Assembly: GCA_963823035.1 (NCBI GenBank)
Contig: CAWGKG010000018.1
Location: 288,001-352,000 of the forward strand
Length of the DNA stretch: 64,000 nt
Reading direction: 5' to 3'
DNA from: an uncultured Gemmatimonadales bacterium
Lineage (GTDB): Bacteria > Gemmatimonadota > Gemmatimonadetes > Longimicrobiales > Gaopeijiaceae
Numbering within the stretch: position 1 is the first letter of the stretch; every line of letters begins with the position of its first letter. Shown piece after piece: positions 61,953 through 64,000 of this stretch. The translations under genes and the position numbers were made by a program. A model generated the notes under the pieces. It did not search any database. It was not told the DNA's origin and saw only the letters and a program-made list of their open reading frames with translations.

Positions 61953-61998
61953 CGCATGCTTCTCCGTGTTGGTTCGACCCGCTGCCGCTTTCGCCGCG

Positions 61999-63384
61999 TC
62001 AGGCGACTCCGCCGAGCACGTCCTCCGCTCGCCGCACCAGCGCCTCCGCGCTCGCCGCGTCCGGCGCCTCGGCGATGAGGCGCACGACCGGCTCCGTCCC
62101 CGACGGCCGGACGTGCAGCCAGCTCCGCTGCTCCGGCCACGCCATGCGCAGGCCGTCCGTCCGATCCGTCTCCCGGGCGTCCATGTCCTCGGCCAGGGCG
62201 TCGTATGCGCCGGCCAGCGCCTCCCGCGGGAACGAGACCTTCTTCTTAACGATGTCGTAGGAGGGCCAGCGAGCGACAGCTTCTGATAGCGAGCCGTTCT
62301 CGTCGACCAGGTGCTGGAGCACCAGCGCGACGGCCAGGGGAGCGTCCCGCGTGTAGTGCAGCGCGGGCAGGATCACCCCACCATTGCCCTCGCCGCCCAC
62401 CACCGCCCGCTCGGCCTGCATGCGCCGCGCCACGTTGACCTCACCGACCGGAGCGCGCACCACCGTGCACCCGTAGGCGCGGGCGACGTCGTCCACGACC
62501 TGGCTGGTGGAGAGGTTCGTCACGACGGTCCCCGGCGTGCGCCGCAGCACCGCGGCGGCGGCGAGGGCGAGGGTGAGGTCCTCGCCCACGGGTTCCCCGT
62601 GCTCGTCCACCAGCGACAGTCGGTCGACGTCGGGGTCGACCGCGAGGCCGATGCGCGCCCCGGTCTCGCGGACCAGGCGCCCGAGCTCCGCCAGGTTGGC
62701 GGCCGTGGGCTCGGGGTCCCGGGGGAATCGGCCGTCCGGCTCCATCCCGATCCCCGTGTAGGTGCAGCCCAGCTCGTGGAGGACGTTGCCGATCGGAGGC
62801 CCACCGGCCCCGCGCACACAGTCCACCGCCACGTACATCCGCGCGCGCTGGATGGCGGCGACGTCGATGTGCGGCAGCCCGAGGATCCGCTCCAGGTGGC
62901 GTGGCCAGGCGTCGACGTCCTCCTGGACGGTCCCGAGGCGGTCCCAGGACGCACGCGGCGGATCGACTTCCACGAGGTACTTCCGGAAGCGGGCCGAGAG
63001 GTCGGCGTCGAGGAAGATCCCCTCGCTGGAGACGAGCTTGAGGGCATTCCACTCCGCGGGGTTGTGGCTGGCCGTGATGCCGACTCCACCCGCCCCGTGG
63101 CCGTCCTCGACCGCGAGGAGGAGCGTCGGCGTGGGCACCACGCTCAGGGCCACCACGTCGCACCCCACGGAGATCAGGCCGGCGATGGCCGCGCGCACGA
63201 ACATCGGGCCCGACGTGCGGGAGTCCCGCGCGACGTAGATCGGCCCGGTGTGGCCCTCCGAGCGCAGGAAGCCGCCGAACGCGGCCGTGATGCCCGCGAT
63301 GAGCTCGGGCGTGAGGGGGTCGCCGACCCGGCCGCGAACGCCGGACACGCTGACCATGAGGTCGGAGGGGAGGTGGACAGGCAT
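61999..63384 (-). CDS. glmM: Phosphoglucosamine mutase / alpha-D-phosphohexomutase
   Basis: SGVRG, ITASHNP, DPDVDR, GGEGNGG, VRPSGTEP; directly upstream of glmS. Confidence 0.85.
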   Translation of the reverse strand: MPVHLPSDLMVSVSGVRGRVGDPLTPELIAGITAAFGGFLRSEGHTGPIYVARDSRTSGPMFVRAAIAGLISVGCDVVALSVVPTPTLLLAVEDGHGAGGVGITASHNPAEWNALKLVSSEGIFLDADLSARFRKYLVEVDPPRASWDRLGTVQEDVDAWPRHLERILGLPHIDVAAIQRARMYVAVDCVRGAGGPPIGNVLHELGCTYTGIGMEPDGRFPRDPEPTAANLAELGRLVRETGARIGLAVDPDVDRLSLVDEHGEPVGEDLTLALAAAAVLRRTPGTVVTNLSTSQVVDDVARAYGCTVVRAPVGEVNVARRMQAERAVVGGEGNGGVILPALHYTRDAPLAVALVLQHLVDENGSLSEAVARWPSYDIVKKKVSFPREALAGAYDALAEDMDARETDRTDGLRMAWPEQRSWLHVRPSGTEPVVRLIAEAPDAASAEALVRRAEDVLGGVA

Positions 63385-63531
63385 CGGGAGACCAGGGGGG
63401 ATGCGGAAAGGCGAACGGGAAGTTTGCCGAAAGGGACGGAGGGGTCAACGGACCGCGGTGGCGGCGGCCTTCCGGCGGCCGGTACATTGCTCCCTTCCCG
63501 ACCCTTCGACCCCTCCAAGGCTGAACCCGCC

Positions 63532-64000
63532 ATGACCGAGAAGGACACCGCCGGCCTCGGCTTCGGGACCCGCGCCATCCACGCCGGCGTAGCCCCCGAG
63601 CCCGTCACCGGCGCGATCATGACGCCGATCTTCCAGACCTCCACCTACGTCCAGCCGGCGGTGGGCGAGCCGAAGGGACACTACGACTACGGCCGCACCG
63701 CCAACCCGACGCGCGAGGCGCTGGAGGCCAACCTCGCCTCGCTGGAGTCGGGGACGCAGGCGGTCGCCTTCTCCTCCGGCCTCGCGGCCATCGAAGCGAT
63801 CGTGAAGCGGCTCTCGGCGGGCGACCACGTGGTGAGCGAGGAGAACACCTACGGAGGCACGACCCGCATGTTCGACCGCGTGCTCTCCCGCTTCGGGATC
63901 GAGTTCACGTACGTGGACTCGAGCGACGCGGCCGCGGTCGAGGCGGCACTGCGGCCGAACACGCGCCTCGTCCACGTCGAGACACCCACCAACCCGATGA
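63532..64000 (+). CDS. Cystathionine gamma-synthase/lyase family PLP enzyme, 3' end outside the window (absent from the ORF track)
   Basis: My translation from ATG 63532: FGTRAIHAG..TGAIMTPIFQTSTY..YGRTANPTR..FSSGLAA..YGGT..ETPTNP. Confidence 0.9.
   Translation, partial: MTEKDTAGLGFGTRAIHAGVAPEPVTGAIMTPIFQTSTYVQPAVGEPKGHYDYGRTANPTREALEANLASLESGTQAVAFSSGLAAIEAIVKRLSAGDHVVSEENTYGGTTRMFDRVLSRFGIEFTYVDSSDAAAVEAALRPNTRLVHVETPTNPM

Noticed and set aside
61953..61998. glmS ribozyme
   Set aside because: Only 46 bp separate glmM and glmS, too short for the ribozyme, and no core motif is visible.

Overview
A 64 kb, very GC-rich bacterial core-genome segment with about 63 CDS, one tRNA-Gln(UUG) and the SRP RNA (ffs). 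Gene content and order suggest Gemmatimonadota; this is an inference, not a search result. Plus strand, 1-8479: a MacAB-TolC-like exporter, bshB1, a cysteine desulfurase and mnmA. Almost everything from 8504 to 63384 is on the minus strand: dnaJ/grpE/cinA/pgsA/mglA, ffs-dnaX-ybaB-recR, aroF, smc, rpsF::rpsR-DUF2232-rplI-rsfS, a membrane PPase, prs-rplY-pth, a long translationally coupled alaS...ispE chain, recA, a ccm cluster, and glpK/maf/dtd/glmS/glmM. I found no CRISPR array, transposase, integrase, prophage or defence island. Ten single-base frameshifts in nine genes, including essential ones, look like assembly errors and explain several false fusion ORFs in the track. The most notable observations are: a single ORF fusing ribosomal proteins bS6 and a cysteine-free bS18 through a 15-residue acidic run, which one indel cannot explain; a Ccm system I*-type cluster (CcmE CxxxY, no ccmG/ccmH); mglA without mglB; a pseudo-P-loop/TM/SPOR protein upstream of smc; a probable ATT start for hflX; an SRP RNA lacking the GNRA tetraloop; a 27-bp-arm palindrome; and a TTCG-N7-TTCG candidate operator at recA. 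I see no clear multi-gene novel system.
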